A stretch of DNA of 64,000 bases, taken from positions 23,188 through 87,187 of the forward strand of contig JASGEH010000069.1 of the NCBI GenBank assembly GCA_047606565.1, written 5' to 3'. The position numbers and the translations under genes are program-made. Origin of the DNA: Comamonas sp. GTDB lineage: Bacteria > Pseudomonadota > Gammaproteobacteria > Burkholderiales > Burkholderiaceae_C. The notes below the pieces were generated by a model. The model searched no databases. It had not been told where the DNA came from and was given only the letters and a program-made list of their open reading frames with translations. Within the stretch, counting starts at the first letter, position 1. Each line of letters opens with the position of its first letter. Below, one piece after another: positions 7,078 to 15,957 of the stretch.

Positions 7078-10000
7078 TCAGTTCCTTTGCATCGCGGCCT
7101 TGATGGCCCGCGTGCCGCGCCCGCCGTTCTGGGCATCGGCCACGAGCACGTCGATGACCCAACTGCCGCTTTCCTGGGTGACCTTGGCGTCGCCGACCTG
7201 CTGCTTGGCCGTGCCGGTATTCGTGAAGCGCACCAGCACTTGGGGCGCCGACGTGGCCGATTCGCTGCCGCTGGACGACGAGACCGAACCGCCTGTGGCG
7301 AAGCGCACGCGCTGGCTGGCCGAAACCAGTCCACCAAAGGCGAACTGCGGCTTGGGCAGGCGCAGCGTGCGCACGGCTTCCATGAAAGGCAAGCCGTAGT
7401 GCTGCACCGCGCGCTCGGGGTGGATGAACTCGTTGTTGCTCACGCGGATGGGCCGCACGCCGTCGACAAGCGCCGGGATGCTGTCGCTGGTGCCAGTGCC
7501 CGGCCCGACGATGCGGCCGCCCGTGGACGGCGAGCCACCCTCAGCGAATCCCAACACCGAACGGACGCCGGAGGCCACTGCACCGATGACGGTGGTGCCG
7601 CCACCCGAGCCCGAGTCCACCGTGAACAGGTTGGTCAGCAGCCGCTTGATGTCGGACCGGACGATATCGGCGGCGATCTGCTTAAGAGTGGTGGCGGCCG
7701 CGTCGCGCAAGTTGCTCCAGTTGGCCACCGCCGTGGCGGCGGCATCGGCCATGCCGTCGATAACGGTATTGCGCAGGCGCGTGCCCAGGTCGACCACCAC
7801 CGGCGTCGCGGCTGCCGCTGTGTTTCGCAACTGGCCGATGCTGGTATTCATGCTGTCAAGCGCCACGACTGCATCCGGTGGCAGCGCGTCCCGGATGCGC
7901 TCCAGCTCGGCCACGATCTGCTGCAGCATCGGCACCTGCGCCGCGCGTGCCTGCTGGATCTTCGCTTCGCCCTGAATCTGGCTGATCTGCCCGCTGCTGA
8001 CCTGGTTCTGGATAGCCTGCTCGATCACCCCGAGCTCGCCCTGCAGACGCTGGGCCTCCGCCAGCTTGTTGTTGAACTCGGCCTGCGCGGCGGCGGCCTG
8101 GAGCAGCAGCTCGATGCGTTCCTTGGCGGCGTTGGCTTCGGCCGGGTCGGAAATCCGGCCCGCCGCCTGCAGATCGCCCGCGTACTGCTGGCGCAGTTGC
8201 TGCTCGATGGCCCGGCGGTCGAACTGGCCCGTCAGTGCTGCGGTGTCCACGCGCAGGCGCACCGTCAGATTCGCCAGCTTCAACTCCTCGGCCTTGCGCC
8301 AGTCGGCCAGGGCCTGTTCGGCCGTGGTCAGGCTCGTGCCCAGCACCTTGAGCTGCGCCTGGATCTCGACCTTGCGCGCCTTGGTCGTGCCGGCCGTGCG
8401 GGCTTCATCCTCCAGCGCCTTGCGCTGCGCCGCGCTGTCCTCGCGCAGGGCTGCCAGGCGCTGGGCGTAGGCATCGTCCAGGCTGACGCGGCCTTCTTCC
8501 AGCGCCTTCACCAGCACCGCATCGCTGCTCTTGATGGCCGCCTGCAGCGCGGCCAGGTCGGACTTGATCTGCTGTATGGCCACGGCCGCCGCCGAGTCGC
8601 CCTTGGCGCCGCCCTTGTTGGCCCGCTCGCGCAGCGCCTTCAGGCGCGTGTCGTATTCGTCCTGGCTGATGCCGCCGCCTGCGGTGCCGGCGGCCAGCAG
8701 CGCGTCCAGGTCTTTCTTGGCCGCCGCGAGTTTCTCGGCCTCGGTCTTGTAGGCCTTGCCCTCGGCGTCGAACTGCTCGCGCAGCAGCTTGATGCGGCGC
8801 TCTTCCGCCGTTTTGGCGGCCTGGCCGTCGGCGTCGGCCGCTTCCTGCGCCAGTTGGCCCTGCAGCTCGGTCAAGCGCCCCTGCGCCGCCGCCAGAAGCT
8901 GGGGCAGATTGCCCAGGGCACGCGTGCCCCGGCGTTCGATCTGCTGCTGCAGCCCGGCCACCGTGGCCTCCTGCGACTGCAACTGCGCATCCAGGGACTT
9001 CTGCTGCCCGATGCCCAGCATCGCGCTCCACGCGCTGCCGGCGGCCCCAGTCACGGCCTGCCAGGCCCGTTGCAAGATGCCCAGGTTGTCCGGCACCACG
9101 CGGCCAAAGTGATCGGCCGCAGCCCGGCTCAGTTCGAGCTGCGCCTGCTCGGCACGCCCCTGCTCGACCAGCAGCGCGATGTGCCGCCGCTGTGAGGCCG
9201 AGAGGAAGTTGAACTGATCGTCGAGCTGCTTGGCCGCCCGCGCCGGGTCAGCGAACAGCTTGGCCAGCGACGACGCGGCCGCATCGACCGATTGGCCCGT
9301 GGCCTGCGCGTAGCCGTTGACGGCCGTGGTCAGGTTGCCGATGACCTGGATGCCCAGCCGCCCGGACTGCACCATGGCCACGGCCGCCGACTCGGCCACA
9401 CTCTTGCTGATGCCGCTGACGCGGTTGGCCTCCTCGGCCAGCGCCTTGATCCGGCCCAGCGTCGCGCCCGCCGCATTGCCCGTGGTCTGGATGGCCACGT
9501 TGTAGGCCAGGGCGTCACGCTCGCCCTTGATCATGATCGCGGCCAGCGTGCCAATGCCCACCGCCAGGCCGCCGACCGCCAACTTGGCCGGGCTGAGCAG
9601 CGCGGTCATGGCCTTGGCCGCCGGGCCGATGCCGCCGAAGCTGTCCTTGATCTGCCCGCCTTGCTGGATCGCCACCAGCCACACCGGCATGCCGCTGGCC
9701 AGGCTGGTCGTGATGTCCGTGATCTGCGCCGGCAGCATGCGCATCGCCGCCGCAGTCTGGCCCGCCGACACGCCCAGGCCGGTGTAACGCTGTTGCGCCA
9801 GGGCGACCAGGCGCGTGTGCTGTTCCTGGGTGACGAGGCCCTTGGAGAGGGCCGTATTCAGCTCGACCTGCGCGGCCGCCAGCTTTTGCGAATCCACGGC
9901 CGCAGGGTCCAGGCTGCCGATCAGGCGGTCGATGGCGGCCTTCTCTTTGTCTGTGGCCTGTGCTGTCGCCTCTGCGGCCTGGGCTTGCTTCTGCTGCCAG

Positions 10001-10167
10001 TCGGTCTGCGCCGATGGCGTTGGCACATGGGCCAGGTCGGTGGACGCCTTGCGGCCAGCCTCGCCCAGTTCGACCACGTCGCCCTTGAGCTGCTGCACCC
10101 CACGTCGGGCATCGTCGAACTTGGCCTGGACGCGGAGGGCGATGTTGAGGTCGTCGGAGGAGGACAT
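7078..10167 (-). CDS. Tail tape measure protein
   Basis: 1029 aa, Ala/Gln/Leu-rich and coiled-coil-like throughout, with a hydrophobic central segment. It follows the frameshifting chaperone pair. Confidence 0.9.
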   Translation of the reverse strand: MSSSDDLNIALRVQAKFDDARRGVQQLKGDVVELGEAGRKASTDLAHVPTPSAQTDWQQKQAQAAEATAQATDKEKAAIDRLIGSLDPAAVDSQKLAAAQVELNTALSKGLVTQEQHTRLVALAQQRYTGLGVSAGQTAAAMRMLPAQITDITTSLASGMPVWLVAIQQGGQIKDSFGGIGPAAKAMTALLSPAKLAVGGLAVGIGTLAAIMIKGERDALAYNVAIQTTGNAAGATLGRIKALAEEANRVSGISKSVAESAAVAMVQSGRLGIQVIGNLTTAVNGYAQATGQSVDAAASSLAKLFADPARAAKQLDDQFNFLSASQRRHIALLVEQGRAEQAQLELSRAAADHFGRVVPDNLGILQRAWQAVTGAAGSAWSAMLGIGQQKSLDAQLQSQEATVAGLQQQIERRGTRALGNLPQLLAAAQGRLTELQGQLAQEAADADGQAAKTAEERRIKLLREQFDAEGKAYKTEAEKLAAAKKDLDALLAAGTAGGGISQDEYDTRLKALRERANKGGAKGDSAAAVAIQQIKSDLAALQAAIKSSDAVLVKALEEGRVSLDDAYAQRLAALREDSAAQRKALEDEARTAGTTKARKVEIQAQLKVLGTSLTTAEQALADWRKAEELKLANLTVRLRVDTAALTGQFDRRAIEQQLRQQYAGDLQAAGRISDPAEANAAKERIELLLQAAAAQAEFNNKLAEAQRLQGELGVIEQAIQNQVSSGQISQIQGEAKIQQARAAQVPMLQQIVAELERIRDALPPDAVVALDSMNTSIGQLRNTAAAATPVVVDLGTRLRNTVIDGMADAAATAVANWSNLRDAAATTLKQIAADIVRSDIKRLLTNLFTVDSGSGGGTTVIGAVASGVRSVLGFAEGGSPSTGGRIVGPGTGTSDSIPALVDGVRPIRVSNNEFIHPERAVQHYGLPFMEAVRTLRLPKPQFAFGGLVSASQRVRFATGGSVSSSSGSESATSAPQVLVRFTNTGTAKQQVGDAKVTQESGSWVIDVLVADAQNGGRGTRAIKAAMQRN

Positions 10168-10187
10168 GGTGACCGATGATGGTCACC
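10168..10187 (-). promoter_or_regulatory. Perfect hairpin abutting the tape-measure start codon
   Basis: On the transcribed strand GGTGACC-ATCATC-GGTCACC is directly followed by ATG. There is no Shine-Dalgarno sequence between hairpin and start. Confidence 0.5.
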
Positions 10188-10216
10188 CGCGCGCCTCACG
10201 TCCTTGGAACGACTTC

Positions 10217-10244
10217 ATAAAAAAGGGGCTCACATAGAGCCCCC
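10217..10244 (-). terminator. Canonical intrinsic-terminator-like hairpin inside the tail operon
   Basis: The transcribed strand reads GGGGCTC-TATGT-GAGCCCC followed by TTTTTTAT. The stop codon of the chaperone -1 frame lies inside the hairpin. Confidence 0.6.
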
Positions 10245-10789
10245 GGAAAGCGCCGCCGCCGTATGCGCCGCCTGGTGTTGCGCGCTGCGGTCTGCCTGAT
10301 CCGCAACCGCCTGCAAGTAGCCGATCAGCTCGCCGTAGCTATAGCGCCGGATCTGCTGGCGGTCGTGGCCGGCGGCGATGAGTTGCTGAGCAACGGCGAA
10401 CCAATCGACATCAGCCGGTCCTGGATCGGCCGAATGGCCGCCAGGCTCTGGGTAAAAAAATCCAGGTTGGTCTCCAGCACGACGTATGCAGCCTCCAGCA
10501 CCATGGGGATTGGCATGCGCTGCACGTCGGCGGCCGTGAGCGGCTGCGGTGCGCCGTCGACGTCGACGGCAAGACATGCGGCCAGGAGCTGCTGCAGGGC
10601 CTGCTTGACTGCGCTGTCGCCCTTGAGCTGTTCGAGCGCGGCCAGGTCCATCACGCCGCCAGCATGGTTGAGCAGCCATTGGCCGAAGGTGACCGCCGCG
10701 TCGAAGGCCTCGAACGGGACTTTGCTGACCAGGAAGGTCTGGCCGGCGATGGTTTTCGAGACAGGGGATTGGAAGAGGTTTTTGGTCAT
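10230..10789 (-). CDS. Tail assembly chaperone frameshift product (gpGT-like, -1 PRF at 10454-10460)
   Basis: The -1 frame is open from the slippery site to 10230 and encodes …FFYPEPGGHSADPGPADVDWFAVAQQLIAAGHDRQQIRRYSYGELIGYLQAV…. The upstream part of ORF 10230..10883 looks non-coding (Arg/Pro-rich). Confidence 0.65.
10325..10789 (-). CDS. Tail assembly chaperone (gpG-like, zero-frame product)
   Basis: 154 aa directly upstream of the tape measure. It contains the slippery run GAT TTT TTT ACC, and its ATGA start overlaps the upstream gene. Confidence 0.75.
   Translation of the reverse strand: MTKNLFQSPVSKTIAGQTFLVSKVPFEAFDAAVTFGQWLLNHAGGVMDLAALEQLKGDSAVKQALQQLLAACLAVDVDGAPQPLTAADVQRMPIPMVLEAAYVVLETNLDFFTQSLAAIRPIQDRLMSIGSPLLSNSSPPATTASRSGAIATAS
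10454..10460 (-). other. Slippery heptanucleotide (T7 on the coding strand) for programmed -1 frameshifting
   Basis: The A7 run on the plus strand corresponds to GAT-TTT-TTT-A in the chaperone frame. Confidence 0.65.
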
Positions 10790-11061
10790 GCCGTCTGCCC
10801 CTCCTCCAACACGTCCTCAGCCCCTTCGAACTCGGCGAGGGTCTTGAGGTACGCATAGGCCTGGCAGAACGGGTTGGGGCCATCTATGTCATATGCGCAC
10901 TCCCGAGTGGCCGCGAGCAGCAGTTCCGTCCCAGCCGCCGCGTGACAGTGCACAGCAAACGTCATGCTTGTCTTGTCCGGATTTATTGCAGGCCCGACGA
11001 CCCGGATGTACGCAGAGGGGACCGCGAGGCCGCGATACTCGGAGTCTTTAAGTAATGCCAT
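10786..11061 (-). CDS. Hypothetical protein (91 aa) downstream of the tail fibre gene
   Basis: Start at 11061 (MALLKDSEYRG…) with AAGGA 7 nt upstream. Lower GC than the phage average. The long N-terminal extension of ORF 10786..11238 is rejected because it overlaps the fibre gene. Confidence 0.6.
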   Translation of the reverse strand: MALLKDSEYRGLAVPSAYIRVVGPAINPDKTSMTFAVHCHAAAGTELLLAATRECAYDIDGPNPFCQAYAYLKTLAEFEGAEDVLEEGQTA

Positions 11062-11072
11062 GGTCAATCCTT

Positions 11073-13940
11073 TCAGGCGGTGTGGCCGATGAGGGACAAC
11101 TGATCCTTCGTGAGAAGGGTCAATACCCCTGCGCTGACTGTTTTCGACGTGGCCCCCGGGTTGTAGATCGTGACCCGGACGGCAGACGCTGAATCCACGG
11201 CGGCCGTGATGACGAGCCCGCTGATATTCGTGGACCACGCAAGCTGCACGTTGTTGCCGACGGCAGCGTTGAGGACTGTGTAGTCCTGGCTCACAGTGCT
11301 GCCAGCGGCCACCGTGAAATTCGAATATGCGACCTGAGCAACACGCTCCGCGCCACGCCGATACGTGACCGATTTGATCTGTATCTCGCCGTTCGATGTC
11401 GTACGCTGCAGCGAGAATCCGGAGTTTCCATCCTGGCTGATGACGCTACCCGAGATGACGAAACTAAACCGCTGGAACTTTTGCGTCAATGCGAAAGTGC
11501 CGAGCAAGCCGCTGGACGTTGACGGCTCCCGGTAGCGGCCCTGAAGGGTGTCGCCGGACGCGGATGTGCTGCGAGCGACAACCTCAACGGTCACAGCTCC
11601 CGCACTATACGGGGCAAAAATTTCGTCGTACTGATTGAAAATGAAGACAACTTGCAGGTCGGTCGGCGTGGCAGCAGAGAGCGTAATGTTCTCGCCATCG
11701 GTTCCCACATACAGCCCCCCGTTGTCGGTGTTGAGACTAGGTGCCCGCAGTGCCCCAAGCCCCTTCGCCGTCAGCACCAGTTCGCCCCGGTCGCCGGAGG
11801 CTTGTTGCGTCGACTCGTACCCGTCGAAGCGCCCAAACTCTGTCCCCTTGATCGAAATGTCCGCCATCAGGGTTGCGCTGTAGAGTACGCGCGGACGGTT
11901 GCCAAGCGCATCCGAGACATTCCAGAGTAGCGTCTGTTCCGGGGCCAGCTTGGTGCCTGTTGTGGATTGATGGTGAATCCGTAGCTTGGCCGCCGGAGCG
12001 TTCACACGGTACACGAAGTCGGTAGCGTAACCCTGGCCATCACAGCGGTTCATGTCGAAGTCCCCGTTGTGAATCGCAGAGACGATGGCAGTTGGGCTTC
12101 CGTATTCCGGGAATCCGCTGTCGCCGCCGATATCCACGAATCCCTTGACCTCGTTGACGGCCTCCATGTAATTGCGGGAGTAGCGCTTCTGTCCTCCAGA
12201 TACTTTAATGAATACCCCAGACGAGGGGTTTCCATCGGTCCCCTCCATCATGCCGATCAGGTCGTTATTGTGGACCCAGGCCGATGACCCGAAGCTGCCC
12301 CGCGCGATGTCCAAAATCGTGAAGTGCTTGCCATTGAGCAACCGGTTGTTGCAGACTTCGCCAATGTCGCTGCCCTGCATGAGCAGGTTCACATCGAAAT
12401 ACCGGATCTGATTGCGGCGCACGTCAATGTCAAACGCTTTGATGAGCTGCAGCCCGTACTTTTCGATGTCTGTCTCATTCCACGAAAGCGTGTAAGGGCA
12501 CAGGTAGCAGTCCTGCATGACGAACCGGAGGACTGGGGGGATGGCGGTGGCGTTGGTTAACTCCGCGTCCCGGTCGTTGATGCAGATCGCATTGTCGGCA
12601 ATGATCGTCATGCCGCGAATATCCTGACTGGCCTGTGCTGACTGGTTGTATTGGAGGTAGACAAGACCGTACCCGCCAGGCGAGACATTCGTGATCTTCG
12701 AGTGCGCCGCCGCGCCCTGGAAATATTGGCCGCCGCAGCCCTGGATACGCTGGCCGGGGAGCATCTGGATGCACTCCTCCGGATCGGCCTCATCGATCAC
12801 GACATCGAGCCCACGCGGGTAGTAGATCGCCATTTCGCTCTGATGCAGATCACGTAGCGCCGCACGAGCGGCCGAAGTGCTGCCCCAGCCGCCGTCCGGA
12901 CGCGCTCTGTTGACGTTGACAAAGCCCGAGCCCTCCCGTGTGACGACAGTGAACGCGAGCGAATTGGCGGGGTAGACCGTGGCGTCATCGACGCCTGCAA
13001 CGAGGCGTGCGCCTTTTGTAGATGAGGCCAGGTCCTCCCGAATCTGATCCATGTTCTGCACAAAAACCAACACCCCACCTTCAACCACATAGCGCGTATT
13101 CGCGCCGTCCAGCGTCTCGTCGACATAGATCTCGATGCGGTCGCCGTCGACCAGCTCACCGCGTGCCAGCGCGGCAACGGCCTGTGCGTGGGTGGCGTAA
13201 AACTCCCGGATGGGGCCGGACGCCTTGGCCGATGCGCGAGCATCCTCGGCAGCCTGGTCGGCCAGGGCGCGGTCCGTGGCAGCCTGGGCTGCGTCGGCAG
13301 CTGTGGCTGCGGCATCGGCCCCGGCCAGGCCCGCGTAATGCTTGGCCGAGTAGTTCTCCCCCTCGACAGGATCGACCTCCTGCACCGCCCAGGCTTTCGC
13401 CTCGGTGCGGGCCGCGTCGATCGCTGCAAACGTCGGGTAGCGCTTCTGCTCAACCGCCTCCGTGCCGACGCGCTGCCACAGGATCAGAAACTCGTCGGAG
13501 TTCGGCGATGGTGTACCGAAGAACTGGCCGTCCTGGACGGCCGCGATGCCCGAGGCCGTGGTCAGGTAGATGCCCTGCGAGATCAGCCCGGTGTCGATGC
13601 CCGAGCTCTGCCGCATGCTGAGCCAGCCGCCCTCGGCCGTGCTCAGGTAGACATCCGAGCCATCAGCCATGATCGCCTTGACCCCAGGCCGCGCGTCATA
13701 GCGCTTCCAGCTCCCCGCGTTGAACACCGCGAACGTGCCATCCACGTAGATCTGCCCATCGCCATCGGCCGGCGCCGCCGGCAGCGGCGTATCCACCGGC
13801 TGCGGCGCCAGCAGCGTGTAGAGCCCGAACACGTCGTCGAGCGTGCGCAGGTTCTCGGCCATGCCGTTGGGCGTGTGGAAGGGATCTTGCGTGGGCGCGA
13901 AGCCGGTCCAGAGACCGCGCGCGAGCTGTTGGGTCGCCAT
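11073..13940 (-). CDS. Tail fibre / tailspike-like receptor-binding protein (955 aa), possibly with a beta-helix depolymerase-type C-terminal part
   Basis: Start at 13940 (MATQQLARGLW…), 2 nt after the upstream stop. The N-terminal about 110 aa resemble DUF2793-type fibre N-termini. An Ala-rich linker (…AGADAAATAADAAQAATDRALADQAAEDARA…) follows, then a long Asn/Gly/Ile-rich repetitive region. GC content drops visibly in the 3' two-thirds. Confidence 0.65.
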   Translation of the reverse strand: MATQQLARGLWTGFAPTQDPFHTPNGMAENLRTLDDVFGLYTLLAPQPVDTPLPAAPADGDGQIYVDGTFAVFNAGSWKRYDARPGVKAIMADGSDVYLSTAEGGWLSMRQSSGIDTGLISQGIYLTTASGIAAVQDGQFFGTPSPNSDEFLILWQRVGTEAVEQKRYPTFAAIDAARTEAKAWAVQEVDPVEGENYSAKHYAGLAGADAAATAADAAQAATDRALADQAAEDARASAKASGPIREFYATHAQAVAALARGELVDGDRIEIYVDETLDGANTRYVVEGGVLVFVQNMDQIREDLASSTKGARLVAGVDDATVYPANSLAFTVVTREGSGFVNVNRARPDGGWGSTSAARAALRDLHQSEMAIYYPRGLDVVIDEADPEECIQMLPGQRIQGCGGQYFQGAAAHSKITNVSPGGYGLVYLQYNQSAQASQDIRGMTIIADNAICINDRDAELTNATAIPPVLRFVMQDCYLCPYTLSWNETDIEKYGLQLIKAFDIDVRRNQIRYFDVNLLMQGSDIGEVCNNRLLNGKHFTILDIARGSFGSSAWVHNNDLIGMMEGTDGNPSSGVFIKVSGGQKRYSRNYMEAVNEVKGFVDIGGDSGFPEYGSPTAIVSAIHNGDFDMNRCDGQGYATDFVYRVNAPAAKLRIHHQSTTGTKLAPEQTLLWNVSDALGNRPRVLYSATLMADISIKGTEFGRFDGYESTQQASGDRGELVLTAKGLGALRAPSLNTDNGGLYVGTDGENITLSAATPTDLQVVFIFNQYDEIFAPYSAGAVTVEVVARSTSASGDTLQGRYREPSTSSGLLGTFALTQKFQRFSFVISGSVISQDGNSGFSLQRTTSNGEIQIKSVTYRRGAERVAQVAYSNFTVAAGSTVSQDYTVLNAAVGNNVQLAWSTNISGLVITAAVDSASAVRVTIYNPGATSKTVSAGVLTLLTKDQLSLIGHTA

Positions 13941-13942
13941 GG

Positions 13943-14797
13943 TCAGTGTGCGTCGTTGTAGTGACCGCGCAGAACGCGGTACCAGGCCGTGGCGGCTGCA
14001 GAGACGCGCACGGGCTGGAGGGAAAACTTGAGCGAGATGGCGCCGACCGATTCGTTGAGCGGCGCGAAGCTGCCCTCCAGAATGGGCCGGCAGCGGTAGG
14101 CGTCCAGCCGCACGGGCCGGCCGTCGATGAGGTTGGTGCCGGCAAAGCTCAGGCCCAGCTCGATGCCGGGCTGGGCCAGCGCGTCGAGCGTGTCGGCGCT
14201 GCCTTCGGGCGTGTAGCGGATCTGGATGCTGGAGCCGATGGGGCCGGAGAAGCCGGCGGCGATCAGCACGCCATGGGCCGTCCGGCGCCAGTGCACGCCT
14301 TCTTCCCAGTCGGCCCAACTGGGCTGCACCAGCACGGGCTGCGCCAGGTCGACCAGGTGCCGCGTGAACAGCGTGCAGCCGGCCTCGATGCTGGCGCGGC
14401 CGGTGTGGATGGTCTCGCTGGCCTGGCGGCTGTCGGGCCGGGTGCGCACGGCGTGCAGCGCATCGACCAGGTTGGCCGCGCCGTGGCCGTGCAGCACCAG
14501 GCTGGCCTCGACCGCGTCGACGACCAGGTTGCCGCGCGTGTCCCATGCGCTCGTGGCCAGGCGGCGCACCGTGGGCGTGAGGGTCAGCCCGCGCGCGTTG
14601 CCCACGAAGCGGCCGGGCGGCAGGCGCAGCTCGCCGGGCGTGGCCGGCTGCGCGGGCCAGTTGTTGCCCCAGCGCACACCGTAGGCGGCCATGTTGACCC
14701 CGCCACCGGCCGGCAGCAGCGGCGCGGTGAAGTGCACCTCGCCACGGCCCAGGTGGTGGGCGTTGTGGGCGTCGGCGAAGTAGTCGAGGCGGGACAT
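13943..14797 (-). CDS. Hypothetical virion/tail-associated protein (284 aa)
   Basis: GC3-rich ORF between the putative tail tube gene and the fibre gene. I recognised no motif. Confidence 0.55.
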   Translation of the reverse strand: MSRLDYFADAHNAHHLGRGEVHFTAPLLPAGGGVNMAAYGVRWGNNWPAQPATPGELRLPPGRFVGNARGLTLTPTVRRLATSAWDTRGNLVVDAVEASLVLHGHGAANLVDALHAVRTRPDSRQASETIHTGRASIEAGCTLFTRHLVDLAQPVLVQPSWADWEEGVHWRRTAHGVLIAAGFSGPIGSSIQIRYTPEGSADTLDALAQPGIELGLSFAGTNLIDGRPVRLDAYRCRPILEGSFAPLNESVGAISLKFSLQPVRVSAAATAWYRVLRGHYNDAH

Positions 14798-14819
14798 ATG
14801 GGCGTGCGCGCGGCGGGTG

Positions 14820-15623
14820 TCAGATCTTCAGCGTGCCGTACTGGCTGAACGGATTCGCCAGCGTGCCCAACGCCTTGCTCGGGTCGCGCTCGACCGTGCC
14901 GGTCAACTCCAGCTGCGCCAGGTTGTCGCCGATCACGGTCACTGTCGCCGCCGGGCCGAAGACGACGCGGAACAGGTCGAAGTGGGTCGCGCTGATCGGC
15001 GTCTCGGCGACGTTGTAGCCGTCGAAGTGCAAGGCCACGGCCTCGGCCGGGCGCGCGTAGAGCTGGACCAACGTCTGGTCGCGGCGCGTGTAGCTGACGC
15101 GCACGTTGGGCTGGCCCTTGCCGCTGGTGACGGTGGGCGTGGGGATGGCGCCGGTGGCGATCTGCACGATGGAGCCGGCCGGCGTCACGTCGTAGTCGGT
15201 GCCGCGCACGTAAGTCGTTTCGCCATCCAGGCTGGTAACGATGGGGGCGACGCTGTCGTCGATCAGGTGGGCCAGCGGCTCGACGGTGCCGGGCCACAGC
15301 ACGTGTTCCTCGTTGACGACTGCAGCGGTGGCGACCTCGGCATCGGCACCCGCGCCGCTGGTGGCCAGCGCCCAGTTGGCGGGCGAGTGGCAGCGCAGCG
15401 TGAGGTTGGCGGTGACGGTCTGGATCTCGCGGAAGGCGCAGGCCACGCCGCCGGCCGGCGAGGTGAAGTCCTGCACGTTCTCGGTCGTCTCGGCCACGGC
15501 GATGGCGAAGGCCGACGCATTGCCGACCGGCAAGAAGCCAGCGGTCGCGGCCAGGCGCGCGGCGTAGTTGACCAGGGAGATTTCTCCCCGGCCTTTAAAG
15601 CAGCAGTATTGACGGGTGGCCAT
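14820..15623 (-). CDS. Putative major tail (tube) protein
   Basis: Start at 15623 (MATRQYCCFKGRGEISL…), 267 aa. The position follows the head-tail connector genes. The upstream part of ORF 14820..15833 is Pro/Arg-rich shadow. Confidence 0.5.
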   Translation of the reverse strand: MATRQYCCFKGRGEISLVNYAARLAATAGFLPVGNASAFAIAVAETTENVQDFTSPAGGVACAFREIQTVTANLTLRCHSPANWALATSGAGADAEVATAAVVNEEHVLWPGTVEPLAHLIDDSVAPIVTSLDGETTYVRGTDYDVTPAGSIVQIATGAIPTPTVTSGKGQPNVRVSYTRRDQTLVQLYARPAEAVALHFDGYNVAETPISATHFDLFRVVFGPAATVTVIGDNLAQLELTGTVERDPSKALGTLANPFSQYGTLKI

Positions 15624-15654
15624 AGTTGGGCTCCTGGTTTGTGGTTGAGGTGGA

Positions 15655-15927
15655 TCAGCTCGCCGCGCTGTCTGCGGCCGATGCGGTCGCCGTGTCGGCG
15701 GTGCTGGTGGCGGCGGCGGTGGTGGTCGTGGCCGCCGCCGCACTGGCCTTTGCTGACTGGCGGGTGGTCGTCGTCGCGGCATCGGGCGCTTCGGCCGTGG
15801 CGCCCAGCGCCTGCAACTGCTGGACGACAGCATCCGGCTGCCCCTTGAGGGACGCGCCGGCCTGGATGGCCACGGTGCCGCCTTGGCCGTCGTGAACGGT
15901 GGCGGCGATCTTGGCGATGAGTGCCAT
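15655..15927 (-). CDS. Hypothetical protein with a Thr/Ala-rich tail (90 aa)
   Basis: ORF in the operon direction between the connector and tail tube genes. The C-terminus is low-complexity. Confidence 0.45.
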   Translation of the reverse strand: MALIAKIAATVHDGQGGTVAIQAGASLKGQPDAVVQQLQALGATAEAPDAATTTTRQSAKASAAAATTTTAAATSTADTATASAADSAAS

Positions 15928-15957
15928 GGCGTGTGCTCCTGGTGTTCTGGAAGGTGT

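Noticed and set aside
11073-14546. N-terminal extensions of several tracked ORFs taken at face value. Examples: 1157-aa fibre ORF, 469-aa ORF 4888..6297, 370-aa ORF 16952..18064, 703-aa ORF 34026..36137, 540-aa ORF 49848..51470.
   Set aside because: The upstream portions are Arg/Pro-rich, overlap the preceding gene, and lack a ribosome-binding site. Internal ATG or GTG starts sit 0-12 nt after, or overlap, the upstream stop codon and give protein N-termini typical of the families.
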